From contig CAXXHG010000015.1 of assembly GCA_963666315.2 (NCBI GenBank), positions 128,001 through 192,000 of the forward strand: DNA of 64,000 nucleotides. Reading direction: 5' to 3'. Shown piece by piece: positions 9,406 through 19,739 of the stretch (position 1 is its first letter; every line of letters starts with the position of its first letter). Source of the stretch: Candidatus Binatia bacterium. Lineage in GTDB: Bacteria; Desulfobacterota; Binatia; Bin18. Both the position numbers and the translations under genes were made by a program. Under the pieces are notes generated by a model. It was not told where the DNA came from and did not search any database. It saw nothing but the letters and a program-made list of their open reading frames with translations.

Positions 9406-10023
9406 ATGGCCTCTCAGTCTATCATAGCACCAACGCGCGAACGGCAGCCCGTACTCCGTGGACATGTAGTCGCAGGAGAAAACCAGACGCGGCTCACAGT
9501 GGAGGTGGTCAGTGCCACCGACCTAGCTGTGGGGCTTGCGGCCCGTGTGAGACACAGACTCATCTATCCTACCGCTGTGCTTGCCCGTACCGGTGTGCTT
9601 GCCCGTACCGTAGCGTTTACCGTTGTGTTCGCCCTGGCGGCCTTTGCCTGCTCGGATGGGGGCGGTGATTTCGGTCATCCCAAGATCACCGAGGAGCGGA
9701 TTAGAAACGATATGGCTGGCTGGCGTACGAGTGAAGGGCTGGGTGGCTGGTATTTAGGTGAAGACAAACCCAGAGATAGGGTTGGCAGGCCTGGGGGTGA
9801 GGAGCTGGACGGCTGGTATTTTGAAGAAGCGGAAACGAGAGACATCGATATTCTGGAGACCGAGTACTCGGGTAACACGGCAGCTATAGTCATTCATATG
9901 AAAACCGTTGGCGCGGTCTCGGGCAGGTTCGCTGGCAAGCTACGCCTCCATTACGAGTGGGTGGCATTTGACGACTGGACTTTGGCTCGTGTAGAGAATC
10001 TGGACTTCAAGAGACAACCGTGA
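9406..10023 (+). CDS. hypothetical lipoprotein-like protein
   Basis: ATG 9406 with AAGGAGG RBS; hydrophobic stretch ending AFAC (lipobox-like); internal GWY repeat. Confidence 0.6.
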   Translation: MASQSIIAPTRERQPVLRGHVVAGENQTRLTVEVVSATDLAVGLAARVRHRLIYPTAVLARTGVLARTVAFTVVFALAAFACSDGGGDFGHPKITEERIRNDMAGWRTSEGLGGWYLGEDKPRDRVGRPGGEELDGWYFEEAETRDIDILETEYSGNTAAIVIHMKTVGAVSGRFAGKLRLHYEWVAFDDWTLARVENLDFKRQP

Positions 10024-10173
10024 GGGGGAAATGTGGGCATTGCTGGTCTGATTTCCCATCTCGGCCTTGGCAAGATGGGGAGAGCATTAGCCTAGAACGG
10101 TGCACTGGAGAGAAATATAGTTATGTTGGCATGATCGGCTTGCCGTTCTCTTGGTTCTTTCCAGGATTGTATC

Positions 10174-11337
10174 TCACCTTGCTGACAGTCCACTCTCGTA
10201 CAGTCGGCATGACGTAGCCTTGATCACCAAGAACACCTCACCACCGACCTGCAGGCCGAGGTCGACAAACGACTTTTCCGTGACCTCAACCGTGAGCGGT
10301 GGCAGGTCCGGACTAATCTCAGCCGTCACCAGATCCACCGACCCGACTGAGCGCAGCTCGGTGATGCGCGCAGGCAAGACATTACGCGCAGACAATCCTT
10401 CAGGTCGCTTGGTCGCAAGCATAATATCGTTCGCCGGAATGCCGGCCAGCATGGTATCACCCGGCCGCGCTTCTGATCTGAGCGTCACCAATTCGACCGT
10501 ACAGGCCTGATCGCCCTCCCCTTCGCCTAACCGCACCCGACTCGTACTGCCGTTCCCATCCAGCAGGCGGCACGGGAGAATATTTTCAAAACCTTCTTGT
10601 TCTGCCTGAGGAAATATCTGCGTTTCGGTCAGCACCGCGCGTGGGTCGCCCTGGGCAATAATCGCACCATCCTTGAGGACGATCAGATCATCACACAAGG
10701 CCTGTACCTCAATCGGATCGTGGGAAACAAACAGCATCGGAATATGAAACTCCGTGCGGAGCCGCCTGAGAAACGGCAGGAGCTTGCGACGCAAGGTCAA
10801 ATCTAAGGACGCGAACGGTTCGTCCAGTAAGAGCAGCCGTGGGCCTGAACAGATGGCGCGTCCCAACGCCACGCGCTGACGCTCACCCCCGGATAGGGTT
10901 GTAACATCTCGATTGAGTAACGGCTGCAGTTCGAGAATATGCGTGACGATATCAAACGTCTCGTGCAACGCATGCCCGTTCTGCAACGCGCGCTTGCTGC
11001 CGGCCAGCAGGTTCTGACGCACATCCTTATGCGGAAAGAGCAAGCCGTCTTGGGGCACGTAGCCGATATGGCGCTGTGAGGGTTTGATAAACGTGCGGCT
11101 ATCAGTATCGAGCCACACGTCCTGTCCAAGAGAGATTCTTCCCTGCGCCTGACGGCGCAAACCGCAAATAGCCTCCAGTAGACTTGTTTTTCCGGCCCCG
11201 GATATGCCAAAAATTCCGGTCACCTGTTTTGCCGTCGTCAGGTCAACGCCGAGATCAAAGCAATCCAAGCTGAGCCGTATATTGACCCGCAGCGCGTCCA
11301 GAGCAGGCGCCAGAGCAAGCGATTCAGTCCCGGTCAT
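10174..11337 (-). CDS. modC: molybdate ABC transporter ATP-binding protein
   Basis: Walker A GISGAGKT, LSGGERQRVALGRA, LLLDEP, C-terminal TOBE domains (SARNVL). Confidence 0.95.
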   Translation of the reverse strand: MTGTESLALAPALDALRVNIRLSLDCFDLGVDLTTAKQVTGIFGISGAGKTSLLEAICGLRRQAQGRISLGQDVWLDTDSRTFIKPSQRHIGYVPQDGLLFPHKDVRQNLLAGSKRALQNGHALHETFDIVTHILELQPLLNRDVTTLSGGERQRVALGRAICSGPRLLLLDEPFASLDLTLRRKLLPFLRRLRTEFHIPMLFVSHDPIEVQALCDDLIVLKDGAIIAQGDPRAVLTETQIFPQAEQEGFENILPCRLLDGNGSTSRVRLGEGEGDQACTVELVTLRSEARPGDTMLAGIPANDIMLATKRPEGLSARNVLPARITELRSVGSVDLVTAEISPDLPPLTVEVTEKSFVDLGLQVGGEVFLVIKATSCRLYESGLSAR

Positions 11338-12029
11338 TATCGAGCCATTCCGTGCAGCGTGCGTCCGCGGGACAAGAGTTCTGTACTCATGATGGCCAAA
11401 AATCCGACTGTAATCGCAATCAGCATGAGAAAGTCGGCTTTCCCAATATCCCCCACCTGCTGCGCACTGAAAATTGCACCTGCAACCGTCTGGGTGCGGC
11501 CAGGGATATTTCCCGCGATCGTGACGGTCGCGCCGAATTCGCCCATAGCCCGTGTGAATCCTAGAATAACCGCAGCAAGAAGTCCGCGTCGGGCCATAGG
11601 CAAGCTGTATTGAAAAAAGGTCGTCAGCCGACTGTGCCCCAGCGTTTGAGCCATCATTTCAAGTCTGGGATTGATACCCTCAAAAGTGGCCTTTGCCGTG
11701 CGTGCAACCAGAGGCAACGACATCGTCGCAGTGGCAATGACCGCGCCCTTCCAGTTCAGCAGAATGTTGAAATCAATACCAAGATTTTCGCGGCCCAGGG
11801 GTCCGTCCACAGCGAAGAGACGCAACAGTAGAAAGCCGACCGCCGTGGGTGGCAGAACCAACGGCAAACCCACGATTGAGGAGACGACGCTCTTTCCCCA
11901 GAACTCATACCGCGCCAAGACATAGCCCAGCACCGTCGCCGGCAACATCACCAGGAGGGTTGACACCAGGGCGACCTGCAGGGTCAAGAGGATGACAGAC
12001 CAGATCTCAGGACTCATTGTTTTGCCCAC
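11337..12029 (-). CDS. modB: molybdate ABC transporter permease
   Basis: LPLVLPPTAVGF, RAMGEFGATVTIAGNIPGRTQT; alternative ATG at 12017. Confidence 0.95.
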   Translation of the reverse strand: MGKTMSPEIWSVILLTLQVALVSTLLVMLPATVLGYVLARYEFWGKSVVSSIVGLPLVLPPTAVGFLLLRLFAVDGPLGRENLGIDFNILLNWKGAVIATATMSLPLVARTAKATFEGINPRLEMMAQTLGHSRLTTFFQYSLPMARRGLLAAVILGFTRAMGEFGATVTIAGNIPGRTQTVAGAIFSAQQVGDIGKADFLMLIAITVGFLAIMSTELLSRGRTLHGMAR

Positions 12030-12043
12030 GTCTTACGTAGCAT

Positions 12044-12916
12044 TCATTCCTCAAAATTCCGTGTTTCAAAAATCCGTGTTTCTTGCAAAAATCCGTGTTT
12101 CTTATACACGGCCGCGGCATCGCGACCACTGAGAAAGTCGAGATACTCCCCGACAAGCCCAGAGTTTGGACGATTCGTTAACGCCGTAGCGCAATACGTT
12201 ATCGCAGGGTGCAACGTCGAGGGAACCTCATACAAGAGCTTCGTCTTACCTGAAGTTGTAACATCTGTTCGATACACCACTCCGATAATCCTGGGATTAG
12301 ACTCTACCAGACCGAGCGTCGCACGTACGTCGGTAGTTGGTGCGACTTTATCTTTGAGTGCCTGCCACAAGCTGCCTCCGCCCAACTCAACCGACTCAAG
12401 AAAGGCTTTGGCATAGCGCCCCGCGGGGACGGCTTCCGGGTCCGCCAAGGCTAAAAATGAAAAATTCAGCGTAGCCAGTTCGCGCGGATCAAACGAATCT
12501 CGGAGTTGGAAACGAGCATCTTTTCGACTGACCACAACCAGGCGGTTGGACAAAAAGTTCCGCCGCGAGCCGGGGACAAGCAGATTGGCTTTTTCCAGGA
12601 AATCAACCCAGTCAAGATTTGCCGACAGGAAAATATCTGCTGATCGGGAGGCCTTAATCTGTTGAGCTAAGGTATTTGAGCCCGCAAAATTGTAGACGAG
12701 GTCGACATGATGTGTGCGAGCGAAAGACAACCCGATATCTTGTACAACATCGCGCAAACTGGCCGCCGCAAACACCACTAGGCTTGGTCTCTCTTTTCTC
12801 GTAGAATCGCTGCCGCTACAACCCGAGACTTGTACAGCCATGATACACACAACGAGTAAAAGAGTGACCGTCAGCCTTTCTTGCACGCAGCCGGCGCCCA
12901 GCGGTTTCTTGCGCAT
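12044..12916 (-). CDS. modA: molybdate ABC transporter substrate-binding lipoprotein
   Basis: VFAAASL, NFAGSNTLAQQI, ADIFLSAN, PEAVPAGRYA; lipobox VSGC. Confidence 0.92.
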   Translation of the reverse strand: MRKKPLGAGCVQERLTVTLLLVVCIMAVQVSGCSGSDSTRKERPSLVVFAAASLRDVVQDIGLSFARTHHVDLVYNFAGSNTLAQQIKASRSADIFLSANLDWVDFLEKANLLVPGSRRNFLSNRLVVVSRKDARFQLRDSFDPRELATLNFSFLALADPEAVPAGRYAKAFLESVELGGGSLWQALKDKVAPTTDVRATLGLVESNPRIIGVVYRTDVTTSGKTKLLYEVPSTLHPAITYCATALTNRPNSGLVGEYLDFLSGRDAAAVYKKHGFLQETRIFETRNFEE

Positions 12917-13099
12917 TTTTGCACTATAAAGGCCCGCCCGCCGGCAAGTCGAGGCCATACCGGCAGCATCGCTGACCTCCTGGCGCGGCAAAGACGGACT
13001 CGCCGGCGTAGCCGTTTCGGCTTCCGTCAAGCAAACGGTTCTTGACCAACTCGAACGCTGGGCAGTTGCACACTTCGGTGATCTGCACATCCCCCACAC

Positions 13100-13812
13100 G
13101 TCGGCCGGACGCCAATGTTGTCAAGATTGGCGGGCAAAGCATGATCGACCGAGGTCGCAAAGCCGTTTCCCCTATCATCGAAGAGGTGGTGGAGAATCTT
13201 GGTCGGCATAAGATGATCATTGGCACCGGAGCTGGCACCCGGGCACGTCATGCCTAGAGTGTGGGCATAGATCTAGGCTTGCCCACAGGCGTCCTGAGCG
13301 TGCTCGGCACTTTCGTCAGTATGCAGAACGCCCGCATGTTGCACTATCTTCTCGCAAAACACGGCATTCCGTTTATTGAGCCGGTCCAGTTCCTGCAGCT
13401 GCCACTCTACCTGGCCGAACGGCAAGCGGTGATCTTCTTTGACATGCCGCCCTATACCTTCTGGCAACAGAACCCTGTCGCCGGACGGATTCCACCCCAC
13501 CGGACGGATACCGGGTCGTACCCCGTCAGTGAGGTCTTCGGTACCCGGTCTATGATCTATGTCAAAGATGAAGACGGACTCTATACGGCAGACCCCAAGA
13601 AGGATAAACACGCCACGTTTATTCCACGGGTGACAGTGGCGGAACTACGCGCAATGGATTTCCAAGACGTGGTCGTCGAGCGCGCCGTACCCGATCTTAT
13701 GGAAAACGCCCAGCATCGACGCACGATTCGGATCATCAACGGTCTCAAGAAAGGCAACCTGACCCGCGCCCTCAACGGCGAGGAAGTTGGTACGATCATC
13801 ACTGCGGACTAG
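13100..13812 (+). pseudogene. mosB: molybdenum storage protein beta-subunit-like (amino acid kinase fold); 5' truncated, in-frame TAG at 13255
   Basis: PDANVVKIGGQS, GTGAGTRARH*S, MPPY, PPHRTD, VKDEDGLYTADPK, GNLTRALNGEEVGTIITA resemble Azotobacter MosB. Confidence 0.8.
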
Positions 13813-13979
13813 GCTAGGCCTTAGAGTGTGTCTCATAAATTCCGCGTGCCCTCCTGGAACGCTTAACCGATACGCTTTGTTATGCTGCCTAAGTGGACAA
13901 AGTCGAGCTTAGACGCCAGATTACTTACGAAAGGGAATACATGTCGGACGGAGACAAACAAAATGAGCAGCATCAACAG

Positions 13980-14136
13980 AATGACCCCGTTCGACACTAT
14001 TCTCCTAGATCTGCTCGATAGCGCCCGGCTGGTGAAACGCCTGCAAATTATTAATGGCAACCGGCCCGAATTGCTCGAACCCGCCCTTGAGGGTGAAATG
14101 TGGCGACTATCGTCTATGCGGAATAACCGCGACTGA
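13980..14136 (+). pseudogene. C-terminal remnant of a second molybdenum storage subunit (MosA-like)
   Basis: PFDTILLDLLDSARLVKRLQIINGNRPELLEPALEGE parallels the MoSto C-terminus. Confidence 0.6.
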
Positions 14137-14145
14137 GGGAATCTC

Positions 14146-15564
14146 TTATTTCACCGCCCACGTGGTACCGGTCGGACTGTCTTTGAGAATAATGCCCTGA
14201 TCAGAAAGTTGGTCGCGGATTTCATCCGCACGCTGGAAATCTTTGGACTTTCGAGCCGCCGCACGTTCCGCAATCAACGCCTCAATCGCATCAGGCGTTA
14301 GGCTGGCTTCGGCCAGGCCGGATTGCTGCTGCCGCAAGAATTGTTCCGGCGACTCACCCAGAAACCCTAGGACGTTGCCTATTTTCGCTAAGTCTCGGCG
14401 CGTTTCAGCAACCGTCTTCAGATGGCCGGCATCCAGCTCACGATTTAATTCGCGCACGGCGCCGAAAATGACTCCCAACGCACGTGGCGTATTACAATCA
14501 TCGTCCATGGCTGCGCGGAAACGGCTGACTAATGCAGAATCATCAGGCCCATCCACTATAGAGGAGTCACCAATCGCCTCGTCTGCCCGGGCGAGCGTCC
14601 CATAGATGCGGACTAATCCCTTCTCTGCCTCTTCCATCTTTTGGGTCGAAAAGTCGAGCGCCATGCGGTAGTGGGACGACAGCAGGACTTGGCGCAGAAC
14701 TTCCGGCGTTGAGACTTTCTTAAGCGCATCTCCAAGGCTTAAAAAATTTCCTAGCGATTTGGACATTTTCTCCTGTTCGACCGTGACCATGCCATTATGC
14801 AGCCAGTAGCGCGCCAAGGCACAGGATTTTGCGCCTTCAGATTGGGCAATCTCGTTTTCGTGGTGGGGGAAAATCAGGTCGGCTCCGCCACCGTGAATGT
14901 CAAACGGCTGGCCGAGGTATTTGCTGCTCATGGCCGAGCACTCGATGTGCCAGCCAGGACGCCCCTCGCCCCAGGGACTCGGCCAGGCCGGCTCGCCAGG
15001 TTTACTGGCTTTCCACAAGGCGAAATCCATGGGATGGTGTTTACGCTCATCCACCTGGACGCGTGCTCCGGCCGACATATCCTCTAAACGACGATGGGCC
15101 AGCTTGCCGTAGTCCGCAAAGCGATCGACCGCATAATACACGTCGCCGTCCACACTATATGCCAGCTGTTTGGCTTCGAGTTCTTGGATAAGGGCAATCA
15201 TGTCTGGGATATGCTGTGTGGCCCGGGGCTCATGCGTTGGCGGCAAACAGCGCAGCGCCTGCATATCTGTGTTGAATTCCTGGATATAGGCCTCTGTGAG
15301 CTCCTGGGCCGAGATGCCGCGCTCATTGGCCCGGTTGATAATCTTGTCATCCACGTCCGTAAAATTGCGTACAAAAGTGACTTCGTAGCCGGAGAATTGG
15401 AGATAGCGGTAGATAACATCAAATGCGACCAAAGCCCGCGCATGTCCGATATGCGAACGATCGTAGACGGTCACACCACACACATACACGCGCGCCGTAC
15501 CAGGAATGAGCGGGACAAACTCTTCGTCTTTACCCGTCAGCGTATTGTAGAAACGTAAGGCCAT
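14146..15564 (-). CDS. cysS: cysteine--tRNA ligase
   Basis: YVCGVTVY, HIGH, GRPGWHIECSAM, KMSKS. Confidence 0.97.
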   Translation of the reverse strand: MALRFYNTLTGKDEEFVPLIPGTARVYVCGVTVYDRSHIGHARALVAFDVIYRYLQFSGYEVTFVRNFTDVDDKIINRANERGISAQELTEAYIQEFNTDMQALRCLPPTHEPRATQHIPDMIALIQELEAKQLAYSVDGDVYYAVDRFADYGKLAHRRLEDMSAGARVQVDERKHHPMDFALWKASKPGEPAWPSPWGEGRPGWHIECSAMSSKYLGQPFDIHGGGADLIFPHHENEIAQSEGAKSCALARYWLHNGMVTVEQEKMSKSLGNFLSLGDALKKVSTPEVLRQVLLSSHYRMALDFSTQKMEEAEKGLVRIYGTLARADEAIGDSSIVDGPDDSALVSRFRAAMDDDCNTPRALGVIFGAVRELNRELDAGHLKTVAETRRDLAKIGNVLGFLGESPEQFLRQQQSGLAEASLTPDAIEALIAERAAARKSKDFQRADEIRDQLSDQGIILKDSPTGTTWAVK

Positions 15565-15571
15565 ATTTTCG

Positions 15572-17524
15572 TTATTGTCTTCCTTCAACCAATTGATCCA
15601 CGATAGACGGGTCAGCCAAGGTTGAAATATCGCCAAGCTGATCAATAGCGCCCTCACCGATTTTGCGCAGAATGCGGCGCATGATTTTGCCGCTCCGCGT
15701 CTTAGGCAATCCATCCGTAAACTGAATCTTGTCCGGCGTCGCGTGCGGGCCGATATCTTGTCGAACCGTTTTAATCAGTTCTTTGACCATCTCAGGCGAG
15801 GACTGCTGACCGGTCTTGAGCGTGACAAAGGCGTAAATCCCCTGCCCTTTCAAATCGTGCGGCACGCCCACTACGGCGGCTTCGGCAACAGCCGGGTGTT
15901 TACCGATCGCGCCTTCAATCTCTGCTGTACCCAAACGGTGGCCGGAAACGTTAATCACGTCGTCCACACGACCGGTAATCCAGTAATAGCCGTCTTCATC
16001 CCGTTTGCAGCCGTCACCAGTAAAATATTTGCCGGGATACATAGAGAAATACGTTTGGAAGAAGCGTCCATGATCACCATACAGCGTTCGCATGATACCC
16101 GGCCACGGGAATTTGAGACATAGATTGCCGGAGATGCCATTGCCTTCGAGTTCATTGCCCTGATCGTCAACGAGGCAGGGTTGGATGCCAAAGAACGGGT
16201 GCGTTGCCGAACCCGGCTTGGTCTTGGTCGCGCCGGGCAGAGGGGTGATCAGAATCCCACCGGTCTCTGTCTGCCACCAGGTATCCACAATCGGGCAGCG
16301 TTCTTTGCCTATTGCCTGAAAATACCAATGCCACTCCGGACTCTTGATCGGCTCGCCGACCGTGCCGAGAATACGCAAGCTCGACAGGTCATACTTGGCC
16401 GGCCAGGAGTCGCCTTCTTTCATGAGCGCACGCAGCGCAGTCGGGGCAGTGTAGAAGATGTTGACTTTGTGCTGCTCGACAATCTGCCAGAAGCGGCCAA
16501 AATCAGGATAGTTGGGTACACCCTCGAACATCATGGTCGTCGCGCGATTAGCCATTGGACCGTAGACGATATAGCTGTGGCCCGTCACCCAGCCAATGTC
16601 CGCCGTACACCAGTAGATGTCGCCGGGCCGATAATCGAACACATAGCGATGGGTCATGGCCGCATAGACCAGATAGCCACCAGTGGTGTGCAGCACGCCC
16701 TTCGGTTTACCGGTCGAGCCGGAGGTATACAGAATGAATAAGGGATCTTCTGCATCCATATGTTCAGGCTCACAGGTCGTAGGCTGCGAAGCGACTTGCT
16801 CATGCCACCACACGTCACGTCGGTTTTGCATGGCCACTTTGTGTCCGGTTCGTTGTACAACAACCACCTGCTGGATGGACGGACACTCAGCAACAGCTGT
16901 GTCGGCATTGGCCTTCATCGGGATATCATTTTTCGCACCTCGTAGGCCGGTGTCTTGGGTAATCAAGACCTTACATTCCGAGTCCTGGATCCGGTCACGC
17001 AAGGAGTCCGCTGAGAACGCGCCAAACACAATGGAATGTACGGCGCCTATCCGTGTACAGGCTAACATGGCCACCGGCAGCTCCGGGATCATCTGCATAT
17101 AGAGACAGACCCGGTCGCCTTTCTTCACGCCAAGCGCTTTGAGCGCATTGGCGAACTGACACACCCGTTCCAGCATCTCAGCATACGAGATCTTCTTACT
17201 TTCGTCCTCATTATTGCCCTGCCAGATCAGCGCAGTCTGATCCCCGGCACCGGCATTCACATGCCGATCCAGGCAATTATAGGAAACATTGAGCTTGCCG
17301 TTGAGAAACCATTGAATATCGGCCTTGTTGAAATCCCACTGTAGGACTTTGTTCCATTTCTGGAACCAGTCAATATGTTGCTCTGCCTGTTCAGCCCAGA
17401 ATCCTTCCGGATCTTGGATCGAGCGTTCGTACATATGCTGATAGGTCTCCGGGTCAATGGCAGTTTGCCCCTTGACTGCGGCAGGAATGTCGTAGACCAG
17501 ATTTCCGCCTTGTTCGTCTGCCAT
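15572..17524 (-). CDS. acs: acetyl-CoA synthetase (AMP-forming)
   Basis: [34 protein letters not shown]. Confidence 0.97.
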   Translation of the reverse strand: MADEQGGNLVYDIPAAVKGQTAIDPETYQHMYERSIQDPEGFWAEQAEQHIDWFQKWNKVLQWDFNKADIQWFLNGKLNVSYNCLDRHVNAGAGDQTALIWQGNNEDESKKISYAEMLERVCQFANALKALGVKKGDRVCLYMQMIPELPVAMLACTRIGAVHSIVFGAFSADSLRDRIQDSECKVLITQDTGLRGAKNDIPMKANADTAVAECPSIQQVVVVQRTGHKVAMQNRRDVWWHEQVASQPTTCEPEHMDAEDPLFILYTSGSTGKPKGVLHTTGGYLVYAAMTHRYVFDYRPGDIYWCTADIGWVTGHSYIVYGPMANRATTMMFEGVPNYPDFGRFWQIVEQHKVNIFYTAPTALRALMKEGDSWPAKYDLSSLRILGTVGEPIKSPEWHWYFQAIGKERCPIVDTWWQTETGGILITPLPGATKTKPGSATHPFFGIQPCLVDDQGNELEGNGISGNLCLKFPWPGIMRTLYGDHGRFFQTYFSMYPGKYFTGDGCKRDEDGYYWITGRVDDVINVSGHRLGTAEIEGAIGKHPAVAEAAVVGVPHDLKGQGIYAFVTLKTGQQSSPEMVKELIKTVRQDIGPHATPDKIQFTDGLPKTRSGKIMRRILRKIGEGAIDQLGDISTLADPSIVDQLVEGRQ

Positions 17525-17543
17525 GATGCCCTCCTGTATTCAA

Positions 17544-18223
17544 CTATTCGTAAGCTTGTGTGTGTTTGCGTACACTAGCATATTGGAATTTCTGGGAAAA
17601 TGTGGGCGTAAGCACGCTTCCCTCCTGTCCTTCTCTTCCCACCCCCAACGCGCCGGCCACACGGTTAATATAATTGAAAAACGACGCGATCAAGGTGATT
17701 TGTAAAACTGCGGTGTCGTCAAAGCCAACAGCCCGCAACGCGTCGGTATCGTCCCGCCACATTGAGGACGGGTTTTTCGTCAGTTTCTCAACATATTCCA
17801 GCATAACTCGATCTTGTTCGTCGAGTTCGGCCGTTCGCCAATCACCTTTCAGTGCCTCAACCAGCTCTTCGTCCAGACTCACCGTATGCAGAAACTCTGC
17901 ATGTGACTCAATTCAATAAAAGCAACTATTCGTTAAAAGCGACTATTCGTTGTTGAAACCGTCGTCGCAATCATTTCGTGTTAGCGCCGAGACAACGGGA
18001 GGCTCGGGTCCATCAATGACCCAAAAGTTGAAAATGCATACGGCATGGTCTGCGGAAGTAACGAATGCGACAGCATCATGCTGTCGTTTTTGACCGCCTC
18101 CGGTAGCTTACTCTCTGCCCGCCGCTCGGGGGCGTACTCTTGCGGGTAGAGTTCTACGAGCCTGCCCAGAGCCTCGTGAACGGCTTCATTTTCCGCTGGT
18201 AGCAGCGTTTTGATCCAGGTCGT
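17544..18223 (-). pseudogene. AhpD/carboxymuconolactone decarboxylase-like peroxidase with CxxU (selenocysteine) motif, inactivated
   Basis: Reconstruction TWIKTLLP...SHSLLP...LSRR*HEMIATTVSTTNSCFY(UGA)IESHAEFL...ITLIASFFNYINRVA; start ATG>ACG, TAA at 17981-17983, 17-nt duplication at 17917-17950. Confidence 0.8.
17876..17909 (-). promoter_or_regulatory. putative bacterial SECIS element
   Basis: ATGCAGA-GTT-TCTGCAT perfect hairpin starting 10 nt 3' of the in-frame UGA (17913-17915), G first in the loop; lower stem GAGTCAC/GTGAGTC. Confidence 0.6.
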
Positions 18224-18428
18224 GGTTCATTCCTCCCTCTTTCGTCTCCATATCACTCTGGAGGAGCTGTGGTATATGGCGGACTGAGCCTACACAGCAC
18301 GAGCTGAGAGCACCGCTCGTTCGAGAACGTGTTGGCTTGAGAGCACGATCTCTACTGAGTCGTAAAATGAACACGTTTCGCCGAAACGCTAAGGAACCGG
18401 GGGAAAAGAAGCGTTAGGGCTGAGACTT

Positions 18429-18965
18429 CTATCGACGCTTTTCGCGACGCTCTTCGACAGACGCTGAACAGGCACCGGCGCAACAGGTTTGACCAACAAG
18501 AGCAACCGCTTTTCCGTTCACTGCGGTGATGCCCGCACGTCGTACTTTGGCAAAGATATAGCCAAAACCAGGCCCACCAATGCGCGTTCCACCAACACGG
18601 GTTTGTATGTTGCCGCTGCTGTCCGCATGTGCCTGGAGTCGGGCTCGATTGGGTCCAGAGACTGTGCCCACGAAAATGAGCGCGGACTGAAAGTCTATCT
18701 CAGGAGGCTCGGTGTTTCCCCGCCAGGCCAACCAGAGGCTGCGCCACGTGTCGGTATCAGCAATATACCCACAGGCGGGTTCCGAGACCCGAGCCTCGTC
18801 GGTGCGAAACATACCCCGCCATTCAGCCTGGATAGGAAGCGGTTTTGGCTGTGCGGTGTGAGGCCGGTCAGCTGGCGTGTCGGCCATCATCAGAGCAGGA
18901 AATCCAAACAGGCACAGGACAACGCCCAAGAATAGAGCAAAGGATACCTTTAATTTTTCTAGCAT
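18429..18965 (-). CDS. secreted hypothetical protein, PrcB C-terminal-like domain
   Basis: Signal peptide; WRSLWLAW...PPEIDF motif; RBS GAGG. Confidence 0.6.
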   Translation of the reverse strand: MLEKLKVSFALFLGVVLCLFGFPALMMADTPADRPHTAQPKPLPIQAEWRGMFRTDEARVSEPACGYIADTDTWRSLWLAWRGNTEPPEIDFQSALIFVGTVSGPNRARLQAHADSSGNIQTRVGGTRIGGPGFGYIFAKVRRAGITAVNGKAVALVGQTCCAGACSASVEERREKRR

Positions 18966-19017
18966 AGGATCCTACCTCATTTTCTATACACACACTCATC
19001 ACGCATCATGATATGGC

Positions 19018-19736
19018 TTACTCGTCCGGCAGTAGACACGCACTCGTCGGCAGGGTGGTTGTGGCAACCCCAAATTGATTGAACTCGCTCAGGGTCATGA
19101 AATGTAGGCCATCTGCTGGGGCCGCATTCAGAGTGAAAAAATAAAAGTCCTGTCCCTGAGCGAAATCGATATCTGTATAATAATCGAGAAAGAAGTCGTG
19201 CTGGGGGTCGTCCATAGCCAGGTCACTGCCCTGGGGCCCATCGCTTGCTTGCCAGGAATGGACACCCACACATGCCCCGTCGCCAAGCGTACGCATTGTA
19301 CCGGCAAGAAAAAATCCACGCCCCCAGAGGCGATGAGTCCGATGGCAACCTGCTCGGCTAGATTGTCGGCCTGCGCATCGCCAAACTGAAATGCGGGCAC
19401 GACCGTCTCCAAACCACGTTCCCGCACCAGGCGTCCAGCCTCCGGGTTGGCTTCGTCGTCTGCCGAACCAGGAACAAATTCCATCACGATGCGTCGTATC
19501 GTAGCATCTCGTAGGAGTGTCTCGAGTTTCTGAGGCGTGCTGCAATCTATGGTCCCGCCCATAGGCAGGCTAAAGTTGTTGCGGATAAATTGGGCTGAGT
19601 CGGCTTCGGGCTCGCACACACGTTTCACCGCGAAATTCTGGGCGCTCGGCTGCCATTCGAGCGTCGTACTTTGCCCCGCCTGTGGAAAGTTGTCGACAAA
19701 ACAGTTGGCCTGTGCCCCAGTCAAAAACTCGCCGTC
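19018..19736 (-). pseudogene. hypothetical protein, 5' truncated and frameshifted near 19210
   Basis: Protein-like reading passes from ORF 19128-19724 into ORF 19018-19545 (DDPQHDFFLDYY...); no start or RBS. Confidence 0.45.
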
Positions 19737-19739
19737 CTA

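Noticed and set aside
15565-15714. N-terminal extension of CysS
   Set aside because: Overlaps the acs 3' end; the homology-consistent start is MALRFYNTL at 15564
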